From positions 1 through 64,000 of the IMG/VR virus record IMGVR_UViG_3300028907_000004: 64,000 nucleotides of DNA; one strand, 5' to 3'. Below are positions 20,511-30,399 of the stretch, in pieces. How positions within the stretch are numbered: position 1 is the first letter of the stretch; each line of letters opens with the position of its first letter. The notes beneath the pieces were generated by a model. That model was not told the DNA's origin and did no database searches. It saw nothing but the letters and a program-made list of their open reading frames with translations. Source of the DNA: a virus. Taxonomy: Duplodnaviria > Caudoviricetes. Position numbers and translations under genes: made by a program.

Positions 20511-21444
20511 TATCGGCCTCTTCCACAGGACTTACATCAATGGGTGGCTGGTAATTCGGTCCCAGAACAGCCGAATCGTAGGCCTGAAGGGCATCTGTTT
20601 CATTTACCTCTTCCGCGTCATCGTAGTCATTATCCATGGTATTGACCTGGGCCGGGTCTACGGTAGCGGGCGCGTATTGGGTGCGAAGGCGTCTTTCAAG
20701 CAGCCACTTTGCGTGTTCCGGGTTGATCTTTCCGGTCTTAAACTCCATGTTTTCTTCAACAATTTCGCCCATTACCTTCTTGGTTTTAATGGAAACCATC
20801 GGGTCTAGGCCAAAGGCCGCTCTCTGGATAATGTCAAGATACGTCATCTCAAAACGGGTTCGGGCAATCTCGATTCCCCTGGCCAGGTAGTATTTCAAGC
20901 CGGAACCCTTGGCCATTCCTTCCTTTCGCCATTCAAAGATTCGCTTGTAATCTAAACCCAAATAGCGACAAATGGAGGCTAGGCTCATTCCTCGTTCCAC
21001 ACCATAGCAGATCGCCTGAATAAGCGGGGGGCTGATCTCTGGATGGGACGCTTTGAGAAATGCGCCATCCAACATCGGGGGATTCTTCCACAACTCCGGA
21101 ACTGTAGTGATGACTTTGGGCGTAGGCGTTCCCAGATAGGATTGGATTTCGGCCAAACGATTAGGCATGTCCCTGGGGAACATTTCGTCTATCCCCACGC
21201 CGTTGGCACGGCGATAAATCTCATCCATTTCCTGTTTCTTTTCTGGGTTTCGTACCTTCCGTGCCTCCTTGATCCGTTTCGTGAAAAGGTCTTTATTTGT
21301 TGGACGGCCACGCCGCTTCGTTGATTCCTGGTCGGGCGGCGTGGCCGGGGGCAAGGACCGTTTGGGCTTCGCTGGCGACTCAAAAGATCGGGAAGGCGTA
21401 GAAGTTCGTGATGTCGTCTTTGTGGGCGGTACTGTTCTTGGCAT
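20500..21444 (-). CDS. Putative terminase small subunit
   Basis: GGAGG RBS before ATG 21444; KRRGRP hook; HTH-like GMSLASICRYLGLDYKRIFEW; AKWLLERR; overlaps the terL start. Confidence 0.6.
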   Translation of the reverse strand: MPRTVPPTKTTSRTSTPSRSFESPAKPKRSLPPATPPDQESTKRRGRPTNKDLFTKRIKEARKVRNPEKKQEMDEIYRRANGVGIDEMFPRDMPNRLAEIQSYLGTPTPKVITTVPELWKNPPMLDGAFLKASHPEISPPLIQAICYGVERGMSLASICRYLGLDYKRIFEWRKEGMAKGSGLKYYLARGIEIARTRFEMTYLDIIQRAAFGLDPMVSIKTKKVMGEIVEENMEFKTGKINPEHAKWLLERRLRTQYAPATVDPAQVNTMDNDYDDAEEVNETDALQAYDSAVLGPNYQPPIDVSPVEEADNGE

Positions 21445-21561
21445 GGTTATCCTCCGTTTCATTATTATAGCGCGATGAAGAACCAAAAGTCTATATGAAC
21501 AAAAATCCAATAGAAGTTCTCTGCCCTTTGTAGTATATTTCAAACAAGGAGGATTATTGAT

Positions 21562-22008
21562 ATGACTGTTCGCCGTGTTTTCACTATCCTTAATTTCATC
21601 GAAGAGGCAATGAACGAAACCCTTCAACATGCAAGTTCCGCTAATCGGGCGAAGATCGCAAAGTCGCAGATGAAGGTGATTGCGTGGCTGGAAAAGGCGA
21701 GGGCAGCAACTCGTGAATTTCACGGGGATTATCAAGAAATTTTACCCACGCCCTATTTCCCGAAAGCCCCGAAGACGGAAACAACCATCATCAACGCAGC
21801 ACTGGCGTTGGCTGAAGATGTTTGGTTCTACATGCGGACGAAAAAGATGATGTGTACAAAGGAAATGAAGTCTGCGTGGAATCGTATGATTGCCGCCCTC
21901 GTTTCCCTGTTTTCCCACTATGACTCGGAGTGGGAAGACTGTGCGGGTCAAGTTACGGGCCTTGCGTTGGCCCGTAGAGCTTGGAACTCCGCCAGCAGGA
22001 GGCCCTGA
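21562..22008 (+). CDS. Hypothetical protein
   Basis: 148 aa, first of a coupled plus-strand run. Confidence 0.5.
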   Translation: MTVRRVFTILNFIEEAMNETLQHASSANRAKIAKSQMKVIAWLEKARAATREFHGDYQEILPTPYFPKAPKTETTIINAALALAEDVWFYMRTKKMMCTKEMKSAWNRMIAALVSLFSHYDSEWEDCAGQVTGLALARRAWNSASRRP

Positions 22009-22310
22009 TGCGACGTTCTATCAAAATCACGCTTCGCGCTTACGCCGTCTTGTGCGCGTTGTTCGCCCTTCTGGCCGTTACGTCTTTGTGTAAGGCAGAA
22101 ACCTTTGAATATAAGGTTACGGGAATCAACCTCAAAACGCAGGAACGTGTAGTGGGGCATATTACGGACTCTGCCCAAAACGGTACTGTGTCTGGTATGA
22201 TTTGGGATAGAATGGGCGTGTATCCCGTTGAAGGGATTTGGGCCGGGAAAGGCCGAATGCGTCTTTACAGCACATTGTCCTCATTTACCGTGGATGTGGT
22301 AGAAGAATGA
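22008..22310 (+). CDS. Hypothetical secreted protein
   Basis: Signal-peptide-like N-terminus (MRRSIKITLRAYAVLCALFALLAVTSLCKA). Confidence 0.5.
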   Translation: MRRSIKITLRAYAVLCALFALLAVTSLCKAETFEYKVTGINLKTQERVVGHITDSAQNGTVSGMIWDRMGVYPVEGIWAGKGRMRLYSTLSSFTVDVVEE

Positions 22311-22498
22311 GCTGGGGAGTTTTTGAAATCTACGGTACAGGGGGCATTATTGTAGAAATACACATAATCCCCTGTACCAGAGAAGGGAGAGTGTATAAAG
22401 GCCACGATATTTCCTGTTTTTGCGGCTGCTGCCCTACCGTAGACCCCGAAACAGAACCCGGAAAACCGCCGATTTTCCATCACCACCAACTACATTAG
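22307..22498 (+). CDS. Small Cys/His-rich protein
   Basis: HIIP...HDISCFCGCCP...HHHQLH. Confidence 0.5.
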   Translation: MSWGVFEIYGTGGIIVEIHIIPCTREGRVYKGHDISCFCGCCPTVDPETEPGKPPIFHHHQLH

Positions 22499-22506
22499 AG
22501 GCAGCT

Positions 22507-22716
22507 ATGGAATATCTACTTTCCCTGGGGACCGTATATGGGCTTCTATGTTTGTACGCTTTTTCGATGGAATCCTTGCGGCGTAGAAGTCCTTGGAAAT
22601 TCATAATCATTTTTTCCCTTATGTTTCCGGTCCTGTTAATCATTTATTCAATATCAGAGCTTCGACAGTATAAGAGGAGGAGGAGGAATGGGCTTAAACA
22701 AAACCAGAACCCCTAG
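22507..22716 (+). CDS. Small membrane protein
   Basis: Two hydrophobic stretches and a basic tail. Confidence 0.5.
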   Translation: MEYLLSLGTVYGLLCLYAFSMESLRRRSPWKFIIIFSLMFPVLLIIYSISELRQYKRRRRNGLKQNQNP

Positions 22717-22891
22717 CGACCCGGCCCCGGATTGGGTGGGTAAGACTTACGGGGCGCGTATCGTGGACTGTATCATTCAATTGACGTTATTCGAAATCAT
22801 TAGTGAGGATGAAGCAAAGCGGCTGTTCCTCCGTGTCGATAGATGGAGAGAAGAGGCCGAACAACGAGAGGGCAAATCAAATGTTACCTAG
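22688..22891 (+). CDS. Hypothetical protein
   Basis: GGAGG RBS; 67 aa. Confidence 0.45.
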   Translation: MGLNKTRTPSDPAPDWVGKTYGARIVDCIIQLTLFEIISEDEAKRLFLRVDRWREEAEQREGKSNVT

Positions 22892-22981
22892 AAACTTTGT
22901 AATTGGGCTGATGGTTGCGCTGGTACTCATAGTTGGTGCTGTTTGGTGTAACACATATTTTTGTATGAACTAGGGGGCACT

Positions 22982-23242
22982 ATGCAACATACCCCTAATA
23001 CCTATATGGGGCATAAAATCATCATAGACGAACGGTGTGACGTCTATGATGATGTTCCGATCCGCACCCATAGGAAAAAACGCCTTCGCAAGAAGTTCCT
23101 CAAGAAGTACGGAACGCGAAAAGTGCTGGTAGCTACCGACGCCTATATGACGAAAGGCGGGGCGATCATTATGAGCCCACATATGTATAACGAGCTTTGC
23201 AAATATACTACTTTAGTAAATCCGACAGGAGGGTTATTCTGA
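22982..23242 (+). CDS. Hypothetical protein
   Basis: Basic HRKKRLRKKFLKKYG motif. Confidence 0.5.
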   Translation: MQHTPNTYMGHKIIIDERCDVYDDVPIRTHRKKRLRKKFLKKYGTRKVLVATDAYMTKGGAIIMSPHMYNELCKYTTLVNPTGGLF

Positions 23243-23529
23243 TGTGGATTATTGATAACGACCTCATCAACGACGTCAGGGAAGAAGAAACAATCAATCG
23301 GGAAGGGGTCCATAGTTCTGATTTTGACCCGATTATGTTTATGGAGATGGAACGGGTTCCGTGGCGCGTAAAAGATGATGACGGCGAAATCTACTATGAA
23401 GGCCGCATGTCAAAAAAGCGTTTGGAAAGCGAAGCCGAACTGGCTTTTGGCCCTCTTGATTTCGCTATGGCTGATGCCGGGGCCACCACTATGGAATATC
23501 TCGAAAACGGGGAATGGGTTCAGTTATGA
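23242..23529 (+). CDS. Hypothetical acidic protein
   Basis: WRVKDDDGEIYYEG...PLDFAMADAG; coupled start/stop. Confidence 0.55.
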   Translation: MWIIDNDLINDVREEETINREGVHSSDFDPIMFMEMERVPWRVKDDDGEIYYEGRMSKKRLESEAELAFGPLDFAMADAGATTMEYLENGEWVQL

Positions 23530-23810
23530 GCGAAATTGCGAAGTGTCCGTTATGCGGTAAAGATGTTAAAAGGTCTATTTGGCGTCCAGAATATGAAGGC
23601 TGTGCTGGTAGCGTAGTAGTCACTGTAAAGTGCTGCGGAATGGAAGCATTAACTGTCGAACTTTGGAACCAGTACGCTGCTGCGATGGATTACGCAAAGA
23701 AAACTGCTTACTGGTTCAGCCTCCCTGACAGCATCCCTCATTCAGATGACGCACGCGCAGAAAAAGCAATGGAGAATGCTGAAACTCGCGTCTTGGAGGT
23801 ATTCCTATGA
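23526..23810 (+). CDS. Zn-ribbon hypothetical protein
   Basis: KCPLCGK...KCCG. Confidence 0.5.
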   Translation: MSEIAKCPLCGKDVKRSIWRPEYEGCAGSVVVTVKCCGMEALTVELWNQYAAAMDYAKKTAYWFSLPDSIPHSDDARAEKAMENAETRVLEVFL

Positions 23811-24067
23811 GCGATAAGAAACAGCCCCCTCTCAAAGTGGTTCCCCTCCATGAATCGAATTATCGAGACATAGTGGCTGCTCTTCGGCTTGTAGCCGATC
23901 AAATCGAAAGGGGCGAGTTTGGTCAGGTAAATGATTGCGCGATGGTTCTACAGGGGCCGACTTTCGAAATCTTTCATATGGGTGCCGGTAATGCAGAAAC
24001 CGCCCATCTACTTTTTGCGTGCGCGCAACGTAAATTTGAATTGGCAGTACTTGATCATTATGAATAG
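23807..24067 (+). CDS. Hypothetical protein
   Basis: 86 aa, coupled to the upstream ORF. Confidence 0.5.
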   Translation: MSDKKQPPLKVVPLHESNYRDIVAALRLVADQIERGEFGQVNDCAMVLQGPTFEIFHMGAGNAETAHLLFACAQRKFELAVLDHYE

Positions 24068-24077
24068 GAACATTGCC

Positions 24078-24248
24078 ATGAGTAAGAACGAACTTCTTGA
24101 CGATCTTACTTTTGTTGAAGTCTTTGATCCAGTTTACAAGTATCAAAGGAAAATACCGTTGAAATGGGAAGTCGGGCAAATTGAAATTCCTGAACCTTCC
24201 CCGGAACATAACGGCTATGGCGTGGTAACAGAACACGATCTTGACTAA
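24078..24248 (+). CDS. Hypothetical protein
   Basis: 56 aa from ATG 24078. Confidence 0.4.
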   Translation: MSKNELLDDLTFVEVFDPVYKYQRKIPLKWEVGQIEIPEPSPEHNGYGVVTEHDLD

Positions 24249-24261
24249 AGGAGTATCATTT

Positions 24262-24594
24262 ATGAATCAGAAACTACAACAGGCCCTCATCCGCCTTCTG
24301 GGGCGCAAATTCCTCATCGTAGCCGGTATGCTGGCATCAACGCACTGGCTTATGAACTACAGCCGTATTGATGCCAATACCTATATGTATGTCATACTGG
24401 GAACAGTAGCCGCCTACATCACCGGTAACGTCACCCAGAACATCAAGCTCTCCTCTTCCTCCCAATCAGAATCTCTTCAAATCAAGAACACCGTTGGCGA
24501 TGTATCTTCTACAACTACCGTTTCCCTCTCTCCCGACGAAGTAGACGCCATCGTAAGCCAAATCAAATACACCCTAGGTAAACGCAATTCCTAA
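24262..24594 (+). CDS. Holin-like membrane protein
   Basis: LLGRKFLIVAG...YVILGTVAAYITGNV; two TM segments and a polar tail. Confidence 0.45.
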   Translation: MNQKLQQALIRLLGRKFLIVAGMLASTHWLMNYSRIDANTYMYVILGTVAAYITGNVTQNIKLSSSSQSESLQIKNTVGDVSSTTTVSLSPDEVDAIVSQIKYTLGKRNS

Positions 24595-24621
24595 TCCCCG
24601 CCTAGTTTTCCTTCCCCTCCC

Positions 24622-24664
24622 AAGGGTGGCGTATAAAGCAAACATACGCCACCCTTCCTTTTCT
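24622..24664 (+). terminator. Rho-independent terminator
   Basis: Perfect 13-bp stem AAGGGTGGCGTAT/ATACGCCACCCTT followed by a pyrimidine run. Confidence 0.7.
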
Positions 24665-25708
24665 CTAAAAATACCCATATTTCCTTCATCGTCCCATAAC
24701 AAATCAAATCATATCGAAATCCGCTAAAAATAAGAAATTCTTTTCTACTGGACTTCTACATAACTTCAATCTACTTTTACCGCCTACGAGAAGAAGAAAA
24801 AATACCATTTTATCATGTCTTACTCGTTCCATAAATCATAAAGAAAGAAAAACATTATTTCGAAAACGAAAAACACCCCAAAATATATCCCAATAACTGC
24901 TTATTTTTGCCTACCCCTTTTCGTATACAGGGGTGGGTTGGTACTTATTTTTCATTTACTATGGACCACCCACCAAGTACCTTATTTCCATATCCAAAAT
25001 ACCGACAAAATATCGTCAGGTGGGGAGTTATTTACGTTTTCATATGTGGGACAACCCAAGTATCATTGTTTGGTATTCGTTTTATTGGCTCGGAGTTCAG
25101 AGGTGGGGGTCCCGCCGGAGGGGGGTGGGGGCTCATTGGTGTGTGGGGTGGGGGTGTGGCCAGCGCCATGCGTAGGGGGTCCAGGAAGCGTGCGGCGAGA
25201 GCTTTTGGCGTATGGTATGGCTCATGATACCGATGCCGGAGAATGCCAAAGACGTGGCGTAAATGGCGTGTGCCTAGGTTTGGCTAGGACGTTGGTTGTG
25301 GGTCCTCCATGGCGTATGGTATGGAGTTTGAGGTCGGGCATCATACGCCATCAGATACGTGGGCAGAATGGGGTCCGAATTATCCCGTGGGCCGTGGGGT
25401 CCGTTTGGAGTGGAGGGTGGATGGCCGCCCCCTCCAACCCCGATACCACAGACCCCCGATCTGAAACGGACCCCGCCAAGAAGGGGGTCCGACTTCCTCT
25501 GCCCCCTACGAAGTCCACCTGCCTTCCTACCATCTATCCATAATCATTCCTTGTAGCCATAAGGGGGTCACGCCTTCCTTCCTCGGAGGTCCGGGTCATA
25601 TCCCTTCTTGCTAGTCATTATCATTCCTACTATGGGGCCATGGGCAAAAAGAAGGGGTCCGACACACCCTTGCCGGACCCCGTAGGACTATGGAAAAATG
25701 GTCTACGT

Positions 25709-25796
25709 CTACGTGATGGCGTAAAGCGCCAGAATGATGAATATCTGCGTGGCTAGGAAGGCCAGCTGGGCGAAGCGTTGGATGGATATGTTCATG
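25709..25796 (-). CDS. Small membrane peptide
   Basis: AAGGAG RBS; MNISIQRFAQLAFLATQIFIILALYAIT. Confidence 0.45.
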
Positions 25797-25820
25797 GTGT
25801 TCTCCTTGGCAAATACGTGG

Positions 25821-26252
25821 CTAATATACGGTGAGGCCCGATTCCAGATTGTAACTGGCGTCATACGGGGTGACGGTATCGCGCTGGATGTACGCTTCCG
25901 CAGACGTTTCCGGACCCGCTTCACGGACCTTCCGTTTGGCGTAAAGCAAAGCATCTCTGCAGTTGGTAAAAGATACGGGGTCCGACTTTACTACACCGCC
26001 TTTCTGGCCATAGTACGTGATAACTACCACGTAGGGCACCGCCTTCTTGTGCGGCTTGATAGTAGGTGCCGTGAAATAGTCTGCTATGATATTTGATTCC
26101 ATTTGCGAAAGAAGGGGGCACCGAGCAACTTCTATGGAAAATGCGAAGCAAAGACGCTTCCGGACTTCCCTATTATAGTCCTTGACCTGGGGGTTGACCA
26201 AAGTAAAGGAAGCGTTGATGAGAGAAGTGGTGTTAGAGTAGATGGCTTTCAT
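25821..26252 (-). CDS. Early-region hypothetical protein
   Basis: 143 aa with a GGAG RBS. Confidence 0.55.
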   Translation of the reverse strand: MKAIYSNTTSLINASFTLVNPQVKDYNREVRKRLCFAFSIEVARCPLLSQMESNIIADYFTAPTIKPHKKAVPYVVVITYYGQKGGVVKSDPVSFTNCRDALLYAKRKVREAGPETSAEAYIQRDTVTPYDASYNLESGLTVY

Positions 26253-26285
26253 GGTTTTTTTTTCTCCCGTAGTATGGATGGTTGG

Positions 26286-26690
26286 TTACAAAAAAACGGT
26301 CTCTGCCTTGTTGCTTTCCAATCTATGGGCAAAAAGCTCCATAGTGTGAGCGTCAAAGTAGAAAGAACCCACCAACGCTCCATTAGATCCACCGTTTACC
26401 AGGGTCCATGAAAGGTGGACGGCCACGCCAAACTCCATACGGTCGTTGTTCTTGAGTGCGTTATAGATCGTGCCCGTCAAGCAGACTTCCTTGAATATGG
26501 AGCGGAAAAGAGAAGGAAGGGGAAGCGGGGTGGACTTGAAGACCATATTCTTGACCTTTCCCCACCCCGCTTCCTCCACAGAGAAGTCAATACCGTGCCC
26601 GTGAAGCGTCTCTGCGGAGAAGTCCGGACCTAATGCGTAGGGAAGAATGGCGGCCAGGTATCTGTATTCAGCGGGGGTCTGTGTAGTCAT
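26286..26690 (-). CDS. Early-region hypothetical protein
   Basis: AAGGAG RBS before ATG 26690. Confidence 0.55.
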   Translation of the reverse strand: MTTQTPAEYRYLAAILPYALGPDFSAETLHGHGIDFSVEEAGWGKVKNMVFKSTPLPLPSLFRSIFKEVCLTGTIYNALKNNDRMEFGVAVHLSWTLVNGGSNGALVGSFYFDAHTMELFAHRLESNKAETVFL

Positions 26691-26716
26691 GATTTTTCTC
26701 CTTGGTTTTGTGTAGT

Positions 26717-27007
26717 TTAGTAGGCGGTGCGGTACGTGGCGTGAAGGTCCCAAAGGTGGTTCGCTTCTTCCTCTTCAAGCGTGATCTGCCAATCGGGGTC
26801 CGTGACTTCCGTTTGCGTCCCATCGGGGTCCGTGCGGCGCAGGTAGTTTGGACGGGGGTCATTCACGTCAAAGGCGGTGCGCTTCCGGACGGTATAAAGC
26901 ACCATGCCGGTGGTGGGGTCCGTGATACCAAAAAGCGTGAAACGGAAGCGTCTGTCTGATGTTTCGTAGGTCCGCAGGATGGTGATGGTGGAGGCGTCTA
27001 TTTCCAT
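26717..27007 (-). CDS. Early-region hypothetical protein
   Basis: AAGGAG RBS; three TDP tripeptides encoded by the repeat octamer. Confidence 0.6.
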   Translation of the reverse strand: MEIDASTITILRTYETSDRRFRFTLFGITDPTTGMVLYTVRKRTAFDVNDPRPNYLRRTDPDGTQTEVTDPDWQITLEEEEANHLWDLHATYRTAY

Positions 27008-27057
27008 GATTTTTGCTCCTTGGGGTCCGGACCTTCCCCGGACCCCGTTTGGGTGTG

Positions 27058-27621
27058 CTAGTTGATTTGACCCGCTTCGCGCAGAGCGTCTATAAGGTCC
27101 GCCAACCTTCCCCGATGGCCGTCATGCTCCAGACCGGGGGTGTGAAGCACGCGCAAGAATTCTTGAAGGTCCGCCACGTAGGCGGTCAAGGCGGCATGGT
27201 TTTCCTGATACTTTGCGATGGCCTCTGCGGTCTCTACGGCGTGTTCCCGCATCATCTGCTCCTCCACCGCCTTCTCTGCCGTTTCGATGCCTGCGATGAA
27301 GGTCCGCTGCGATACGATGTGGGACTTGAGCATATCTATGGCGGTGGAGAGTTCAACCCAGCCCACCCGCTTCTTGCTCGTGAGTTTATAGAAAGCGTCC
27401 GTTTCGTAGGAAGCAAACGTGCCGTATGCGATGATGGCCCCGGACTTACACCGACCGTCCTTGGCCATATCCGAAATAATCTGGTCATTCGCACGCTTGG
27501 TAGCAACCAAGCCATTCGGATTCAAGAGGTGAAAATGAGCCTTCTCCCAATTAGACCATCCGGAAGCGGGGGCAGTAGCCGTCCGTGTAACCATTTCCCA
27601 TCTGGATTCGTACTTGCTCAT
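27058..27621 (-). CDS. Early-region hypothetical protein
   Basis: AAGGAG RBS; coiled-coil C-terminus. Confidence 0.6.
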   Translation of the reverse strand: MSKYESRWEMVTRTATAPASGWSNWEKAHFHLLNPNGLVATKRANDQIISDMAKDGRCKSGAIIAYGTFASYETDAFYKLTSKKRVGWVELSTAIDMLKSHIVSQRTFIAGIETAEKAVEEQMMREHAVETAEAIAKYQENHAALTAYVADLQEFLRVLHTPGLEHDGHRGRLADLIDALREAGQIN

Positions 27622-28080
27622 GATTTGCTCCTTGAACCCCCTTTCGGGGTCCGGTATCGGTGTGTGTTATGGGTCCCTTTTAAGGGACTTCCACAAAGAA
27701 AGGCAAGTGGAAATATAGGTATAGAACCAAAAAGTCCAAAATAATTCCACTTGATTTTTCTATAGGTATGATTGAAAAATATCATAGATATTTTGGAAAA
27801 AACTGGATATTTGCGCTTGACTTTTTTGATCAAACGCGCTCGCCAACAGAAATGGCCAAATCCGCAAATAGGACCACCCAGGCATATCATACCCCTATTT
27901 TCATCATAGAACCACTTTAGGCATCATCACTTTCTAGCCACAGAAATGGACTTTTCCGGCATTTTGGCTTTTTTCGAGCTTTTTTGATCATAGAGAAAAA
28001 TTGCCAGAAAAGCACAAATAGGCGGCAAATACGGCATGTGAAGATTTGCCTTTTTTCATGGGTCATAGTAACTGAAAAAA

Positions 28081-28950
28081 GAAAAAACGCAGAATCATTT
28101 CGGACTAGGGAAGTCCGAATGGGAGGTGTATCAGACCAGAAAGGTCCGAATGAAAATTCATACGGCAGGGGTCCGAATTATGATATCAGACCAGAAAGGT
28201 CCGAATCATGAAAGCGGACTTCCCTAGTCCGGATTGAAAACCATACTGCGGGGGTCCGGTATCGCGGCCATTTCGTACTAGGGAAGTCCGAAAGCAGACA
28301 CCATGCTGCAGGACGGTGCCCGTGTGTAAATACCGGAAGGGACCCCCGGAAGCGGACGGTGACGGACGCTGCAGCATGCTGCAGGACGGTGTCGGGGTCC
28401 GTCCGCTTCCGGACCTTCCGGACAGCACGGTGTCGGACGGTGTCGGACCCCCGGAAGCGGACCCCGTAGGACCCAGGACCCCTGGCCACGCTGGGTCCGG
28501 AAGGGGTCTGCCGGAAGGCCACATACACTGGAAGTCTGCCCCCTTGGTGCCGGAAGGCCACAAACGCCATCACCCGCGCCAAGGACCCACCGGAAGGCCA
28601 CATACACCACAGGTCTGCAGGCATTCGGACTTCCCTAATCCGAAAAGCACCAAAAGCCATAGGGAATGAGGGGAAAAGCACCAATTTTCCCCATAGCCAA
28701 TTTTCCTACACATTTTTATAGGTGCCACACCACGTAAAGGGCACCGACAAAAAGAAGGGGTCCGCTTTCCCTACGGGGTCCGCTTCATTTCCACCCTACG
28801 TCAAATCATTCGCAACCTAGTCCGCTTCCGGACCTTTCGGACACCCCCGCTTTCCTACGTCAAATCATAGACCAAAAAGAAGGGGTCCGAACCCTTCCCA
28901 CGGCCAGACCCCTTTATTGTTTCCATACTATTGGGCAACCTAGTCCGAAA
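28081..28950. repeat. Non-coding cluster of direct and inverted repeats
   Basis: TATCAGACCAGAAAGGTCCGAAT x2; CGGACTAGGGAAGTCCG and its inverse; CCGGAAGGCCACA x3; CATGCTGCAGGACGGTG x2; AAAAGAAGGGGTCCG x2 here plus one at 25647. Confidence 0.85.
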
Positions 28951-29236
28951 GCTCCATAACACAATCCCATTCTCCATATGCCTTTGACGCACCGTAATGC
29001 GGGTGGTTGTGTATATAGTCCAAAGAGGAATGTACAGCAAGGAAGTCCGCCACCTGAAGGCCAGTAAGTCCCGCCGCTTTGTATTCCATCACTTTTTCCT
29101 CTGCCTTTCGGCCAAGGTCCTCCACTGTTTTGGCCACAGTATAGTTCAAAAGCGCACGGACTTCTCCGGCAGTTATGGCCATTCGCTCATCGGATTCCAT
29201 CAAACGCAGACGTTCATACAACTCTTTTACGGTCAT
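28940..29236 (-). CDS. Early-region hypothetical protein
   Basis: GGAGG RBS before ATG 29236. Confidence 0.5.
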   Translation of the reverse strand: MTVKELYERLRLMESDERMAITAGEVRALLNYTVAKTVEDLGRKAEEKVMEYKAAGLTGLQVADFLAVHSSLDYIHNHPHYGASKAYGEWDCVMELSD

Positions 29237-29282
29237 TTTTCTTCCTCCATTCAAATAATCAAACAAAATATAATGGGGTCCG

Positions 29283-29519
29283 TCACGTTTGTAGTGGCCT
29301 GTTATAGTGCTGGACAGCCTTGTTATACAACTTGTATGCGTGGTCTATGCGCTTTGCCGTACCAAATAGAGTTTGGAAAGCGGGTGACCGGAAGGCATAC
29401 ACCCGATACACGCCACCGTCATAGACTAGGTTGATCACCACGCCGTCCAGACTATTCGGAAGCGCAGTGCTGATGCCCAATCCTGCTTTGAATTCGGAAG
29501 GTCCCAGTGGGTATCGCAT
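29283..29519 (-). CDS. Early-region hypothetical protein
   Basis: 78 aa with a GGAG RBS. Confidence 0.5.
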   Translation of the reverse strand: MRYPLGPSEFKAGLGISTALPNSLDGVVINLVYDGGVYRVYAFRSPAFQTLFGTAKRIDHAYKLYNKAVQHYNRPLQT

Positions 29520-29522
29520 AAT

Positions 29523-29828
29523 TCACTCCACACGGTCAAATATCTTGATAGGATGGGAGAAGGGGAAGCGTGAGTCACTACTGTACAGGAAGTTGCCCCC
29601 AAACATATAATGCCGTCCGCTTCCATAGTCCGATGGCGCTGCTATGTAATCCCTGAATTGCGGACGGAAATGGAGGTGTAACACGCTTTCCCTTCCTTCC
29701 GTTTCGAACACAGGGGGCACGTTTGTCCCCACAAGAATGACGGCGTGGTACCGCGAAGACACCCCGCCATTCGTACAATCGCCCATATTGCTGGGCCGAT
29801 ACACTGTACATAAAAGTCCTGTGGCCAT
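29523..29828 (-). CDS. Conserved phage early protein (DCTNGGVSS type)
   Basis: GDCTNGGVSSR...YMFGGNFLYSSDSRF...PIKIFDRVE pattern; function unknown. Confidence 0.65.
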   Translation of the reverse strand: MATGLLCTVYRPSNMGDCTNGGVSSRYHAVILVGTNVPPVFETEGRESVLHLHFRPQFRDYIAAPSDYGSGRHYMFGGNFLYSSDSRFPFSHPIKIFDRVE

Positions 29829-29829
29829 A

Positions 29830-30018
29830 CTACACCCCCGATATAGGTTGGAGTTCATTTTCTTCTACAGCGTACCAAGGCGCATCGTGCGGAGTTATGT
29901 GGTAACATGGACCCCTTTGCTCCATAACACAGTCCACTATGGTTCGCACCCCATTATCACGTCCATAACTATTGACCCAGTGGACTTTCTGGCCTGGTTT
30001 GTACTTGAAAGTGCCCAT
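29830..30018 (-). CDS. Small SH3-like hypothetical protein
   Basis: FKYKPGQKVHW...EENEL. Confidence 0.5.
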   Translation of the reverse strand: MGTFKYKPGQKVHWVNSYGRDNGVRTIVDCVMEQRGPCYHITPHDAPWYAVEENELQPISGV

Positions 30019-30019
30019 A

Positions 30020-30397
30020 TCATTCTCCATAACTTGCTGGAATAGGTTCACCCGATATATCGCAGAACAGCATATCATCTTCGTAGTTAATGTCCACGGC
30101 CACAATACGGTTCAATGTTTTTCTTTTAACATTGTCCAATTGCGTCTTCAGGTCCGACAAACAGCCTTTAAAAGACACGGCATAGCCATCATTGGTCACG
30201 AAGTACATCTGGTATCCACCCGGCCAGGCATACTCGCCAGCGCGCAACGTGGCCTTCAGGTCTGCCGTAGTGTTGATGGTACGGTGTGTTTGTTTATAGT
30301 TATGGCGCAGGGGTGCGCGGGTGCTCCAACTAGGGGTCCGGGTATCGTACAAGCCCCCATCGCTTTCGCTGATAAAAAAGTGCTCCGGAAGGTTCAT
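30020..30397 (-). CDS. Conserved phage early protein (AWPGGY type)
   Basis: LRAGEYAWPGGYQMYFVTNDG...INYEDDMLFCDISGEPI. Confidence 0.65.
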   Translation of the reverse strand: MNLPEHFFISESDGGLYDTRTPSWSTRAPLRHNYKQTHRTINTTADLKATLRAGEYAWPGGYQMYFVTNDGYAVSFKGCLSDLKTQLDNVKRKTLNRIVAVDINYEDDMLFCDISGEPIPASYGE

Positions 30398-30399
30398 GA

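Noticed and set aside
24907-25556. Plus-strand ORFs in the G-rich gap
   Set aside because: Gly/Val/Trp-biased translations of G-runs downstream of a strong terminator.
28178-28684. ORFs of 110-168 aa over the repeat hub (both strands)
   Set aside because: They are overlapping, low-complexity translations produced by GC-rich repeats, with no RBS or motifs.
28081-28950. CRISPR or mini-array
   Set aside because: The repeats are of several types, irregularly spaced and in both orientations, with no constant repeat-spacer period and no cas genes.
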